Positions 35,519 to 46,084 of a stretch of 64,000 bases of DNA are shown here, piece by piece. The stretch is from Gammaproteobacteria bacterium (GTDB lineage Bacteria > Pseudomonadota > Gammaproteobacteria > DSM-16500), in NCBI GenBank assembly GCA_013287885.1, contig JABDCZ010000003.1:12801-76800 (forward strand), given 5' to 3'. Each line of letters starts with the position of its first letter. Position 1 is the stretch's first letter. The translations under genes were made by a program, and so were the position numbers. The notes below the pieces were generated by a model. The model did not search any database, was not told where the DNA came from, and saw only the letters and a list, made by a program, of their open reading frames with translations.

Positions 35519-36664
35519 TCATATTAAAGAAGGCAATTGCTTTGCATAAGTCGCTCGTTCTTTCACCGCATTATTCGTCAAGACAAAACCCGCTAAGTTT
35601 TTGTCTTGATTATAAAATAATGCGTAAGTGTCGTTTTCTTTCGTCTCAATCATCCACTCCCCAGGCATACCTTTGGGGGGAGGGCAGACGGCAATAGGAT
35701 GCGCCGGGGTCTTTACGACGACAGGCATGGCGGGGTATAGCACAGGTGTGGGGTTGCCGTTTAGTGTTTGTGCCAATGCTTTCGCACAATTTAAAATAGG
35801 GGCAATATAAGGTAATACATGTCCTTCGACTTCAGCGCAATCACCGAGCGCATAGATATTTTTGACACTCGTCTCAAGGTAGCGATTGACTAAAATGCCA
35901 CGACTAGTTTTAATTTCTGACTTTTCAGCAAGTTCAATATGTGGCTTTAAACCAATGGCAGATAGTACAAAGTCCACTTCTAATTCATTACCGTTGGTTA
36001 ATTCGAGATTATAGCCGTTTATCATTTTTTCAACACGGGTGGCCGTGCAACCCAAATGAAAAGTCACATTATTTTCTTCCAACGCCGTTTGTAAAATTTT
36101 GCCAATATTTTCTGGTATTAATAAATCTAAAGGCGCTTTGGCAGGAGCAATAACATGTACTTTATATCCAGCATTACTTAAATCATTGGCAAATTCACAT
36201 CCAATTAATCCAGCGCCTAAGATGGCAATCGTTTTTTTATTTCTAATAAGTTCTTGAAAAGTTGCATAATGATAGATATGATTCACCGAAAGCACTTCTT
36301 TGGCACCACTTCCTTTTAACTGCGGTTTAATCACTTCTGCCCCACACGCTAATACCAACGATTGATAATGCAAAGGTTCATCACGGATTAAAACGGCATT
36401 ATTTGGAATATCCAGAGCGGTGATAGGGCATTTGGTAATGATAGTCGCATTTAATTGAATTGCCATCGCTTCCGCGGATGCGGAGATGAGCGAGGTCGAA
36501 GTTTTGCCTTGGGTTAAAGCGGTCGAAAGTTGCGGTTTTGGGTAACTTTCGCCTTCATCCGCCGTAATTATGGTCAGAGGAGTTTTTTGATTTAGCCTCC
36601 GAAATTCACGAGCGAGTTGATAGCCGGCAAGTCCAGTTCCAATAATGACGATTGGGAGTTGCAT
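35519..36664 (-). CDS. FAD/NAD(P)-dependent pyridine-nucleotide-disulfide oxidoreductase (rubredoxin-reductase-like)
   Basis: IVIIGTGLAGYQLA and IAILGAGLIGCEFA dinucleotide folds, plus ALGDCAE. Confidence 0.8.
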   Translation of the reverse strand: MQLPIVIIGTGLAGYQLAREFRRLNQKTPLTIITADEGESYPKPQLSTALTQGKTSTSLISASAEAMAIQLNATIITKCPITALDIPNNAVLIRDEPLHYQSLVLACGAEVIKPQLKGSGAKEVLSVNHIYHYATFQELIRNKKTIAILGAGLIGCEFANDLSNAGYKVHVIAPAKAPLDLLIPENIGKILQTALEENNVTFHLGCTATRVEKMINGYNLELTNGNELEVDFVLSAIGLKPHIELAEKSEIKTSRGILVNRYLETSVKNIYALGDCAEVEGHVLPYIAPILNCAKALAQTLNGNPTPVLYPAMPVVVKTPAHPIAVCPPPKGMPGEWMIETKENDTYALFYNQDKNLAGFVLTNNAVKERATYAKQLPSLI

Positions 36665-36745
36665 GTTTTTTCCCTTATAATGAGTGCTTAAGACGCGAAA
36701 AGAATGTAATTATTATATTAAAACTACTGACGCACGTATACGTAT

Positions 36746-37270
36746 ATGATTTCTCAAAAAAAATGGTACAAAAATCTCGATTCTTCGGTCCCACCGAATT
36801 TATCGGCATGGCTTCTCCATGAAGGGTCATTCATGGAACGTTTAAAAAATCATGGCATTTTCGGTGCAAAAATTACGATTATTAATGAATCGTGGCAATT
36901 GCCATTTGATGATGAAAAAGAAATATTACCTATTGAAAGTGAAGCGTTAGTGCGAGAAGTGTGGATTACGAGTGAAAATAAATGCTGGATGTTGGCAAGA
37001 TCTGTGATTCCATCTGGTTTTTTAAAAGGGAAATTTAAAGCATTACAAGATCTCAATACCCGTCCTATTGGCACTATTTTATTCCAAGATAAAAATATTG
37101 TACGAAGTGAGTTTGAATTTCGATTGATTGATCATACATTTGATTTATATCATCAACTCAAAAATAATATGCAAAATACCAAAATGTATGCGAGACGATC
37201 TTTATTTAGTATTGAAAAAGATGCATTGTTGTTAACAGAAGTATTTATGCCGGACATGATGACCTTATGA
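36746..37270 (+). CDS. ubiC: Chorismate pyruvate-lyase
   Basis: 174 aa, directly upstream of and overlapping ubiA. Has a WLLHEGSFMERL-type N-terminus and a REVWI block. Confidence 0.7.
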   Translation: MISQKKWYKNLDSSVPPNLSAWLLHEGSFMERLKNHGIFGAKITIINESWQLPFDDEKEILPIESEALVREVWITSENKCWMLARSVIPSGFLKGKFKALQDLNTRPIGTILFQDKNIVRSEFEFRLIDHTFDLYHQLKNNMQNTKMYARRSLFSIEKDALLLTEVFMPDMMTL

Positions 37271-38124
37271 ATATAGATACGATAAAACAATATTTCATTT
37301 TAATGCGATTACATCGACCCGTTGGAATTTTTTTATTATTATGGCCAACACTATGGGGATTATGGTTGGCAAGTGATGGCATACCAGAATTATCGTTTCT
37401 CATGATTTTTATCGCAGGCGTGATTGTGATGCGCTCTGCGGGATGTGTTATTAATGATATTTGGGATCGTCATAAAGATGGATTTGTGGAGCGAACACGA
37501 GATCGGCCCATTGCTTCAGAAAAAATTTCTGTGCAATCCGCTATTTTTTTATTTTTGATATTGATGGTATTAGCATTTTTGCTGGTTTTGCAATGTAATA
37601 AATTGACAGTGTTACTTGCTTTTTGTGGCGCTCTCTTTGCTGTGGTATATCCTTTGTTGAAGCGCGTGACGCATTTACCGCAATTAGGATTGGGTATTGC
37701 ATTTACATGGGGAATTCCCATGGCTTTTGCGGCTGTCACCAATTCTGTTCCGGGGAAAGCATGGATTTTATTTTTTGGAAGTGCGATTTGGCCAATCATT
37801 TATGACACTCAATATGCGATGACAGATCGAGATGATGATATAAAAATTGGTATAAAATCGACGGCTATTTTGTTTGGAAAATATGACAAATGGATCATAG
37901 GGATTTTACAAGCGATCTTTCTTTTTTTATTGGTGTGTACGGGTAAGATTTTTCAATTGGGCGATGCATATTTTTATGGTGTAATAGTGGTTCTGCTATT
38001 ATTTTTATACCAACTTTATTTACTGAAAGATCGAAACCCGCTTAAATGTTTTCAAGCTTTTTTAAATAATCAATGGGTAGGTTTTATTATTTTTATTGGG
38101 ATTTTATGGGGACAAACGGTGTGA
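37267..38124 (+). CDS. ubiA: 4-hydroxybenzoate polyprenyltransferase
   Basis: 285 aa. NDIWDRHKD and YDTQYAMTDRDDD aspartate-rich motifs. Confidence 0.95.
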   Translation: MNIDTIKQYFILMRLHRPVGIFLLLWPTLWGLWLASDGIPELSFLMIFIAGVIVMRSAGCVINDIWDRHKDGFVERTRDRPIASEKISVQSAIFLFLILMVLAFLLVLQCNKLTVLLAFCGALFAVVYPLLKRVTHLPQLGLGIAFTWGIPMAFAAVTNSVPGKAWILFFGSAIWPIIYDTQYAMTDRDDDIKIGIKSTAILFGKYDKWIIGILQAIFLFLLVCTGKIFQLGDAYFYGVIVVLLLFLYQLYLLKDRNPLKCFQAFLNNQWVGFIIFIGILWGQTV

Positions 38125-39209
38125 AAATTGTTGCTGATGAAAATATTCCGTGGGTATCGCATTATTTTGGTGATGCAATTTTAAAACCAGGCCGACAAAT
38201 TACAAGTCAAGATCTTGTCGATGCTGAAATGCTTTTGGTGCGCTCGATTACCAATGTCGATCGAAGTCTACTGCAAAATACTCAAATAAAATTTGTCGGA
38301 AGCACGACAACCGGCGCTGATCATATCGATACGGCATGGTTGGATGAAAATAATATTACTTATCGAGTCGCGAAAGGCTGTAATGCCGATGCGGTTCTAG
38401 AATATGTCATTGCGATTCTTGCAAGCTTACAAAAAAGAAATTTTTTGCCGACCAAAAAATTACGCGCGGCCGTCATTGGTGTAGGTACCATTGGCAGTAA
38501 AGTGGTTGAAAAATTAGAATGGTTAGGAATGGAGGTTATTTGTTGTGATCCCATTCGTGCCATCAATGAACCTGATTTTCAATCAATAGCATTAGACAAA
38601 ATTTCTGACGTAGATTTTATTACCTTGCATACGCCTTTAACGAACGATGGTGAGTATCCCACCTTTCATATGATCAATAAAGATTTTTTAACAAGACAAA
38701 AAAATAATTGTATTTTATTAAACACCAGTCGTGGCGGCGTGATTAATTCTAATGATTTAAAATTGTATGGCGGACATCTCATGTGGTGCCTGGATGTTTT
38801 CGAGGGGGAACCTTTTATCGATTTTGAAATGTTAGATGAAGCATTGATTGCAACGCCACATATCGCTGGATATTCAGAACAAGCAAAATATCGCGGTATT
38901 GAAATGATTTACCAGGCCGCCCACGAATTGAATATTATTCCTACTGCTTTGCCGCAAATTCATAAAAGAATATCCTGCGATGTAAATTCAATAGCAAAAA
39001 ATTGGCGTGATGTTGTCCTTCAGATTTTTGATCCTTATGAATTAAGCAGTCAAATGAAGGTGCGGATGATAGAAGATCCGGATCATGCATTTGATGACAT
39101 GCGAAAAAATTTTAAAACGCGTAATGAGTTTAGGTTTATAGATTTAGTAAATATGAAAGTGGATGAACAGAATAAAAAAGTTTTAGAGCAGTTGGGGTTT
39201 GGTTTATAG
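38121..39209 (+). CDS. pdxB: 4-phosphoerythronate dehydrogenase
   Basis: The GTG at 38121 gives (M)KIVADENIP, the canonical PdxB N-terminus, and overlaps the ubiA stop (GTGA). Also VIGVGTIGSKV NAD fold and TPHIAGYS. Confidence 0.85.
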   Translation: MKIVADENIPWVSHYFGDAILKPGRQITSQDLVDAEMLLVRSITNVDRSLLQNTQIKFVGSTTTGADHIDTAWLDENNITYRVAKGCNADAVLEYVIAILASLQKRNFLPTKKLRAAVIGVGTIGSKVVEKLEWLGMEVICCDPIRAINEPDFQSIALDKISDVDFITLHTPLTNDGEYPTFHMINKDFLTRQKNNCILLNTSRGGVINSNDLKLYGGHLMWCLDVFEGEPFIDFEMLDEALIATPHIAGYSEQAKYRGIEMIYQAAHELNIIPTALPQIHKRISCDVNSIAKNWRDVVLQIFDPYELSSQMKVRMIEDPDHAFDDMRKNFKTRNEFRFIDLVNMKVDEQNKKVLEQLGFGL

Positions 39210-39223
39210 CTCGTCGTGCGTTG

Positions 39224-39306
39224 CCGTCGTCCCGCGATTTATTCGCGGGATCCAGAATGGCTTAGTCGCTGTCGCTAGATCCCGCGGACGAGCCGCGGGA
39301 CGACGG
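39224..39306. repeat. GC-rich compound palindromic element, copy 3
   Basis: ccgtcgtcccgcgatttattcgcgggatccag...tagatcccgcggacgagccgcgggacgacgg, between convergent genes. Confidence 0.85.
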
Positions 39307-39369
39307 TAGTGAAGTTTAGTAGACTGGGAGCTGCACTTTCCCGGTAATGACAGCATGGACTTTTTTCGC

Positions 39370-41331
39370 CTACCCCGGAGTGACAGATTTGTTGATGCCT
39401 TTTTTAGACGTTTCTAAAACCTCACTCATTTCCTTTAAAATAATCGCAGACTTTTGCGGTAAATTTACTTTATCCTCTGGTATCGTTAATTTTTCGGTTT
39501 CTTCATAATTTTTTGTGAGGGTTTGGAAAAAATTGAGTTCTTTTGTTTTTAAAGCCAGCTTGTTTGCTAATCTTGGATTGAATTCTTCAAGTTTTAGAAT
39601 GGTATTATTTTTTTGTTCATCTTCAGATTTTTGTGACAGTGCATCCTTTTCTTTCGAAAGATGTGCAATATGCGCTTTAAGTTTGGGATTGATAACCTCA
39701 TTTTTATCATCCGCTTTAAAAAACATGTACGGATTTTGTTTATAATATTCCACGGTACTGTCGTAACGTTCTTCCAGATATTTTTGTTGTTTTTCGAGAT
39801 AGAGCATTCGACTATGTAATGTTTGCATGAGTTCATGATGAATAGTTAATCCACTATAATTTCCTGCATATTCAAAATGACTGACGATGAACGTGTACAA
39901 TCCTCTTTTTGCTTTTAATGTGTTTTCTAAATATTTTTGATATGTTTCAAGACGTTCGTGATTCATGCAAAGATCATCTTTGTAGGTTTCAATGTATTCT
40001 TCTAGATTTTCAATGATTTCAGGAGGAATATTGAATAAAGAAAATGGTCTGTAATGCATGAATTCACGTAATTTTGCCAATTGCTCATCTATGACAATTA
40101 AATTATTTTCATTAGATTCGAGTCTTGCGAGATAATACACATACTTTTGTCTGGCATAATCGACAGGAATTCGGAGTTCATAGGTAATTTGGTTGTAACG
40201 TTCAACTAATAATTCAACATGATTTAATAGATATCCATCTTTGAGATGTAGCTCACTTTCCAAATTGTCAGCGATACATGCTAATTTTTCTAAAAGAAAA
40301 TTTAATTTTTTTAATTGATTTTTTATTCCTTCCGTAAAAGGATTGGATTGTTCCGCAATGATGGCTTGATAATCAAATTGAAAAAGTGAATTGTAAGCGC
40401 GTCGCAAGTCTTTCACAAAGGTTGTCATCCAGCCGACACTTTGAAAAAAACCAGATTGTTGATATTCTTCATGATCATTTAATACTTTTTTAATACCAAT
40501 GACACCATTTAATAATAGCTTAAGATTTTTAATCGTATCGGAATCTTTCGTATTTATTTCATAATAATTTAATATGTTTTCTAGCGAATCTTGCGATTCT
40601 ATTTTAATTTCGCGTGGAAAATAGTCTTCAGGATAAATACATTTCACCCATCCGTCATTTTTCTTAACCAGAAATGTGACAAAATCATCTTCTTTTTTAT
40701 CCTTTTTTTCAGACTCGATATCTTTCACGATCATTTGCTTTCTTCGAATATAATTTTCTTTATATTTTTCGAGTGCAATCAATTGTTCAATGCAAATATT
40801 TTCTAACTTTTCCAAATTTTCATGCGTAATATATTGCGATAATTTATTGAGTTTTTGAATGAGTTCCGGCAAAACGACGCTAATGATAAACTTTTTCGCC
40901 TGCGAGATATAAAGCGTCAAAATATTGTTGGTAGAACTAAATATTTTATAATTTTGGCGAAAATCATAGATATCTTGAATCATTTCCAGTTTGTTAAAAA
41001 ATGCAATAATAGGTTCACCGTGAGAACACAATTGTTTTTGCGCTGCATTTTCAATCGCATGCAACATGTTTAAGCAAGCTTTTAAATCTCGTATCACCGG
41101 AAGATCATGTTCGACAATTAAATATTTTTTTTGCGCGTCACGAAATGAATTTTTAAATTCATGATGAAGTTCCGGTGTTACCATTTCTTCTAAGTGTTTG
41201 AGAAGTATTTCATTTAAGATGATGGTAACATGGTAAATAAATTCAGCAGTATTTTGGGAATTATCTGAAAGTTTTTGCAGAAATTTAATAATTTCTAAGA
41301 TTTGTTCTGGCGTCATCCGTAACTCCAACAT
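39370..41331 (-). CDS. Large hypothetical coiled-coil protein (653 aa), effector-like
   Basis: Long ORF, K/E/L/N-rich, no recognisable domain. Confidence 0.6.
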   Translation of the reverse strand: MLELRMTPEQILEIIKFLQKLSDNSQNTAEFIYHVTIILNEILLKHLEEMVTPELHHEFKNSFRDAQKKYLIVEHDLPVIRDLKACLNMLHAIENAAQKQLCSHGEPIIAFFNKLEMIQDIYDFRQNYKIFSSTNNILTLYISQAKKFIISVVLPELIQKLNKLSQYITHENLEKLENICIEQLIALEKYKENYIRRKQMIVKDIESEKKDKKEDDFVTFLVKKNDGWVKCIYPEDYFPREIKIESQDSLENILNYYEINTKDSDTIKNLKLLLNGVIGIKKVLNDHEEYQQSGFFQSVGWMTTFVKDLRRAYNSLFQFDYQAIIAEQSNPFTEGIKNQLKKLNFLLEKLACIADNLESELHLKDGYLLNHVELLVERYNQITYELRIPVDYARQKYVYYLARLESNENNLIVIDEQLAKLREFMHYRPFSLFNIPPEIIENLEEYIETYKDDLCMNHERLETYQKYLENTLKAKRGLYTFIVSHFEYAGNYSGLTIHHELMQTLHSRMLYLEKQQKYLEERYDSTVEYYKQNPYMFFKADDKNEVINPKLKAHIAHLSKEKDALSQKSEDEQKNNTILKLEEFNPRLANKLALKTKELNFFQTLTKNYEETEKLTIPEDKVNLPQKSAIILKEMSEVLETSKKGINKSVTPG

Positions 41332-41368
41332 TTTATTTTGTGAGGTCCGTTAAGTAAAAACAGACCTT

Positions 41369-43759
41369 TTAATATACACCACCTGGATTATTTATTGAAT
41401 CATCATGAGCCGCGGTCGTGTTATCTTGTGTCAGCGTACTTTGATCTTCCTCTGGTACAAATGGTGACATGAAATATTCGAATTTGGCAAGCGGGTCATG
41501 CGCGTTGGTTCTTTTGCCGGTTTGTGGGTCAATGCGAACGCTTACAATGCCAGGCGGTTGTAGAATAGGTTGTTCGGGATGATTTTTTAATGCAGTTTGC
41601 ATGAAGTCGATCCACATTGGCAAAGCCGCTTGTGCACCATATTCATGTAAAGAACGTTGTTCATGATCAAAGCCAAGCCAAGTGATGGTGACAATTTCGC
41701 GATTATATCCGGCGAACCATGCATCCACTTCATTTTGTGTTGTGCCCGTTTTCCCGGCTAAATCTTTTCGGTTAAGTACTCGAGCTTGCTTTGCCGAACC
41801 ATTTTGAATCACATCTTGTAAAGCTGAGGTAATTAAAAATGCATTCTGTGGGCTAATCACGCGAGGCGCATGCGTTGGGTCGGGTTTTGCTTTTTCTTCA
41901 GGCTGCGGACAGTCCATACAGGCTGAAAGTGGTTTTGCTTGATAAATGATTTGTTCGCCTTGCTGAATAGAATCAATCGCGTAGGGCACGACTTTAAAGC
42001 CACCATTTGCAAAAATAGCGTAAGCGGATGCCATTTGTAATGGTGTCACCATCGCTGTGCCTAAGGCTAACGTTAAATTGGGTGGTAATTGGCCTTTTGT
42101 GAATCCAAATTTTTGTGAATATTTAACCGCATAGGAAATGCCGGTTAAATCAAGTAAACGAATGGACACAAGATTACGTGAAAGAATAAGTCCTTCGCGT
42201 AAGCGTGTGGGACCATAAAAACGTCTCGAACTATTTTGTGGACGCCATAAGCTATTGTCATTAGGATTTTCCACCACGACGGGCGCATCGTTAATAATAG
42301 TCGCGAGTGTGTAACCTTTTTCTAAAGCGGCGGAATAAATAAAAGGTTTGAAGCTTGAGCCCGCTTGTCGATTCGCATTCGTAATGCGATTAAATTTGCT
42401 AGTTTGATAATCAAATCCGCCGACCATCGCAAGAATTTGGCCGTTGACGGGATTTAAAGCCACAATGCCGGCTTCGGCTTTCGGAACCTGAGTCAAACGG
42501 TACCCTTGTGGTCCGGGTGTGATTCGAACGAGATCGCCCAATTTAGCGATTTCCCCTGCGGTTTTTGGGAATCGATCAAGAAGATCTTCATTAATTTGTT
42601 TGCGGGCCCAGCTCAATCCCTGCCAAGGAATCGTTAAAAGAGACCCATTGGCGCGTAAAACTGTCATGGTGTTCGTAGTGATATCAATCACCACCGCAGG
42701 CTCTAGTCCATTTACGATTGGGATATTGTCGAGTTTCTTTTCCCATTCTTCCATTTGTTTTAAGTCAGGAACCCCTAAATTTCCTTCTGACCCGCGATAA
42801 CCATGCCGTTGATCATAAGTGATTAAGCCATCACGAACGACTTGATTGGCCAATACTTGTAAGTGACTGTCGACTGTCGTGTAAACTTTAAAACCATCGG
42901 TATAGACTTCGTCTCCGTACATTTGTTGTAACTGTTGTCGTACGAGTTCGCCCACGTAAGGTGCTTTAATTTCTGTTTGTAATTCATGATAATGCGCATT
43001 GAGTGGCGCGGCTAAGGCTTTATCATAAGATTTTTTATCAATGTAACCGACCTCGAGCATGCGTTGTAATACATGGTCTCTACGCTTTTTGGCGGCGATG
43101 GGATTCGTTAAAGGGTTTAAGGCAGAAGGTGCTTTGGGTAATCCTGCCAACATCGCAAATTGATCAAGTGATAATTGATTTAAAGATTTGCCATAATAAA
43201 CTTCAGCCGCGGCTTCGACGCCATAGGCGCGCGAACCGAAAAAGATTTTATTAAGGTAAAGTTCGAGGATTTTTTGTTTGCTGAGGGTATGATCGATTTT
43301 AAGCGCAAGCAAGATTTCTCGTAATTTACGTCCAAAGGTTTTATGACGCGTTAAATAAAAAGTGCGGGCGACTTGCATAGTGATGGTGCTGCCGCCTTGT
43401 TCTTTGCGGCCGGTGGCAATCAATTTAATGCTAGCACGCATTAAACCTGGGATATCAATGCCAGGATGTTGAAAATATCGTTGATCTTCAGTCGCAAGTA
43501 GCGCATTAATGAGTTGTTTTGGAATTTGATCATAAGGGACTGGGATACGACGAATTTCACCATATTCGGCAATCAATTTGCCATCATGCGTAAAAACTTG
43601 TAGTGGGACTTGTAAATGAACGGTATTTAATTCTTTGATATCGGGTAGTTGAAATTCCATGTAATATATGATGCCTGCGGCGGCTAAGCCCACTACCACC
43701 ACACCCAGAATAAATAATTTTTTTATAAAGCGTAAGAAAGATCTCATATCATCAAACAT
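41369..43759 (-). CDS. mrcA: Penicillin-binding protein 1A (bifunctional transglycosylase/transpeptidase)
   Basis: EDQRYFQHPGID, GGSTITMQ and RKLRE glycosyltransferase motifs. SSFKP, SRN and KTGT transpeptidase motifs. Confidence 0.95.
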   Translation of the reverse strand: MFDDMRSFLRFIKKLFILGVVVVGLAAAGIIYYMEFQLPDIKELNTVHLQVPLQVFTHDGKLIAEYGEIRRIPVPYDQIPKQLINALLATEDQRYFQHPGIDIPGLMRASIKLIATGRKEQGGSTITMQVARTFYLTRHKTFGRKLREILLALKIDHTLSKQKILELYLNKIFFGSRAYGVEAAAEVYYGKSLNQLSLDQFAMLAGLPKAPSALNPLTNPIAAKKRRDHVLQRMLEVGYIDKKSYDKALAAPLNAHYHELQTEIKAPYVGELVRQQLQQMYGDEVYTDGFKVYTTVDSHLQVLANQVVRDGLITYDQRHGYRGSEGNLGVPDLKQMEEWEKKLDNIPIVNGLEPAVVIDITTNTMTVLRANGSLLTIPWQGLSWARKQINEDLLDRFPKTAGEIAKLGDLVRITPGPQGYRLTQVPKAEAGIVALNPVNGQILAMVGGFDYQTSKFNRITNANRQAGSSFKPFIYSAALEKGYTLATIINDAPVVVENPNDNSLWRPQNSSRRFYGPTRLREGLILSRNLVSIRLLDLTGISYAVKYSQKFGFTKGQLPPNLTLALGTAMVTPLQMASAYAIFANGGFKVVPYAIDSIQQGEQIIYQAKPLSACMDCPQPEEKAKPDPTHAPRVISPQNAFLITSALQDVIQNGSAKQARVLNRKDLAGKTGTTQNEVDAWFAGYNREIVTITWLGFDHEQRSLHEYGAQAALPMWIDFMQTALKNHPEQPILQPPGIVSVRIDPQTGKRTNAHDPLAKFEYFMSPFVPEEDQSTLTQDNTTAAHDDSINNPGGVY

Positions 43760-43916
43760 TCAATCATGAAAGTTGCATTTTACACTAAAAGTAGCGAAAA
43801 TATTACACTTCCCATCGTTTATTTTGTGTTTTTTTTGTAAATCCGACTTCAAATCTTCCCAAATCGTTCAAAAGACTTACAGCCTTTGGCAATTTTTCAT
43901 TTTTAGGAGATATTTA

Positions 43917-44381
43917 TTGCAAAATTTTATTCAAAAAATATCGCGATTAGCGATAAAAAATACCAAGATTTTTTGTTGGTGGATGGCGATCTTGGCATTT
44001 TTTATGTGGGTGATTCCGCACTTTTATTTTTTACATCGTATTCAGCAATTAAAGAATGAGGTGGTGGTGTTAAAAAATAAAATCGAAAAAAATCCAAAAC
44101 CAAAAGACCCGAATGTTTTTACCAAAACGCTTGACGATGCCGCGCTTAAACAAAAATGGTTATCCAATTTATTTTCTTCGATGGCTAACAGTCAAATTCA
44201 ATGGAAGCGCGTGATTGATCAAAAAGACAAACTCATTTTAGTAGGAGAGTCTCCAGAATTTTTGCAACTTGAACACTTTTTATTTGACACTAAAAAATCC
44301 CATCTTCGCTTTATCATTCAAAAAATCGAGATGATGAGTACGTTACATTTTGAATTAATCATGGATAAAAAAAATGGATGA
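43917..44381 (+). CDS. Possible PilN/PilO-like type IV pilus assembly protein (TM plus coiled coil)
   Basis: TTG at 43917, 7 nt after AGGAG. One TM (WWMAILAFFMWVIPHFYF) followed by a coiled coil. Called from its position between mrcA and pilQ; sequence similarity is not evident. Confidence 0.3.
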   Translation: MQNFIQKISRLAIKNTKIFCWWMAILAFFMWVIPHFYFLHRIQQLKNEVVVLKNKIEKNPKPKDPNVFTKTLDDAALKQKWLSNLFSSMANSQIQWKRVIDQKDKLILVGESPEFLQLEHFLFDTKKSHLRFIIQKIEMMSTLHFELIMDKKNG

Positions 44382-44928
44382 TATGCGCATTCGAATTATT
44401 ATTTTATTTTTGGTAAGCGTAAGCAGTATATGGTATCTCGATTTTCCTTACAAAATATCGGAAATTAAGGATCTTAAAGCAAAATTATTGACATTAGATA
44501 AACAAAGCAACGTCACTCTGGCGCGTCCATCCACAATGTTTCTTATCAAAGATGAACGAGGGGCCGTTGAAATGTTGCAGGATTTTATAAGCTATTGTAA
44601 CCATCAAGGAATTTTGATTAAAAAAATAAGTAATGTTCAACATGTCAGGAAAAATGGCTTTCAGGAAACACGTTTTTCTTTGCAAATTATCGGTGATTTT
44701 ATCCCACTCATGACAACTTTTGAGAAGTTTGATTCGCCAATATTGTTACAACATTTTACGATGGACATTGAAGATAATATGGCGTTGATGAAAACAAATA
44801 TCAGCATTTTTCATGTGAAAAGTAAATTAACGCGTCGTATTGTAAGCTTCGGTACGTTAACAGCGAATGGAGCGAATTTCAGCATTCATATTTTATCAAA
44901 TGGCAAAATATTATGGAGAAAAATATGA
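44374..44928 (+). CDS. Possible PilO/PilP-like pilus assembly protein
   Basis: N-terminal TM (IIILFLVSVSSIWYL) then a coiled coil. Overlaps both neighbours. Positional inference only. Confidence 0.3.
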   Translation: MDDMRIRIIILFLVSVSSIWYLDFPYKISEIKDLKAKLLTLDKQSNVTLARPSTMFLIKDERGAVEMLQDFISYCNHQGILIKKISNVQHVRKNGFQETRFSLQIIGDFIPLMTTFEKFDSPILLQHFTMDIEDNMALMKTNISIFHVKSKLTRRIVSFGTLTANGANFSIHILSNGKILWRKI

Positions 44929-46076
44929 AAAAATGGTGGATCTTATTTCTTATTTTTTACGTGACGTATGCGCACGCCTCCATTATTTCGATTGATACGG
45001 AAAATATTTCTTTAAAAAATGCGATTCATATTCTTGCCAAATGGACAAAACAAAATGTCATCGTGAGTAGTTCTGTTTATGGAACGGTTTCACTTCATCT
45101 CAATAATGTGGATGCAGAAAAGGCATTAACCGCTTTATTGCATTCTCATGAACTCACCGAATGGAAAATAGATGATGTCTGGTTTGTGGGAAAATACGCT
45201 GAATTTTTAAAATATAAAGAAGATAATGCAAAATTAAAAATTTCTTTAGATGAAACGGAAATTTTAAAAACACGTATTTGGCATTTGCATTACGCCAAAG
45301 CAGATACGATGCTGGCTTTAATTCAGGATTCAAAAAATTCATTGTTATCCAAGCGCGGCATGATACGTTCCGATTTGCGCACCAATATTTTGTATGTCCG
45401 AGATACTGAGGATCGGATGATGGATGTCGCGCGTTTTATTGCAAATCTTGACGTGCCAGTTCAGCAAGTGTTAATTGAGGTTTATCTTGCGAGTGTGGAT
45501 TGTGACTATGAAAGAGAATTAGGCATTCAATTCTCATTTCAAAATGGTTTCTCCATCGCGAAATTGCAAAGTGAGGCATTAAATATTCAATTGGGTGCGC
45601 TTGAAAAAGAAGGACATGGTGAAATACTTTCGAATCCAAGTCTTTTAACTGCTAATCGGGAAGCCGCTTCGATTGAGTCGGGTGAAGAAATTCCTTATCA
45701 AGAAGTCAGTCGATCGGGTGCAAGCGGTGTTGTTTTTAAAAAAGCGGTATTGAGCTTAAAAGTGACGCCAGAGGTGATGCCGAACGAACAAGTATTATTA
45801 CAAATAGAAGTCAATCAGGACAAGCCCAACAAACGTGTCGTTTTGGGGGTTCCTTCCATTACCACACGCCAAATGCACACTAATATTAGGATAAAAAGTG
45901 GGCAAACTATTGTTTTAGGAGGTATTTATGAGTCAAGCCATCAACAAGATCAGCAAGGAATCCCATTTTTAGGTAAAATTCCTCTTGTAGGTTGGCTGTT
46001 CCATCAGCAAAATGTGTTAAATACAAAACGAGAATTGCTGATTTTTGTGACCCCTAAAATTATTATCGAATCTTAA
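44925..46076 (+). CDS. pilQ: Type IV pilus secretin PilQ, short form (383 aa)
   Basis: Signal peptide MKKWWILFLIFYVTYAHA. Secretin C-domain ILSNPSLLTANREAASIESGEEIPY ... VLGGIYE ... GIPFLGKIPLVGWLF ... ELLIFVTPKII. Confidence 0.8.
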   Translation: MKKWWILFLIFYVTYAHASIISIDTENISLKNAIHILAKWTKQNVIVSSSVYGTVSLHLNNVDAEKALTALLHSHELTEWKIDDVWFVGKYAEFLKYKEDNAKLKISLDETEILKTRIWHLHYAKADTMLALIQDSKNSLLSKRGMIRSDLRTNILYVRDTEDRMMDVARFIANLDVPVQQVLIEVYLASVDCDYERELGIQFSFQNGFSIAKLQSEALNIQLGALEKEGHGEILSNPSLLTANREAASIESGEEIPYQEVSRSGASGVVFKKAVLSLKVTPEVMPNEQVLLQIEVNQDKPNKRVVLGVPSITTRQMHTNIRIKSGQTIVLGGIYESSHQQDQQGIPFLGKIPLVGWLFHQQNVLNTKRELLIFVTPKIIIES

Positions 46077-46084
46077 GGCATGAA

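Noticed and set aside
38073-38120. Upstream extension of pdxB overlapping the end of ubiA
   Set aside because: The GTG at 38121 reproduces the conserved (M)KIVADENIP N-terminus and gives a typical GTGA coupling with ubiA.
18880-39306. GC-rich palindromic repeats considered as a possible CRISPR array or attachment sites
   Set aside because: The copies are single, dispersed over 20 kb and internally palindromic with variable centres. There is no regular repeat-spacer periodicity, and no cas, integrase or transposase genes are in the window.
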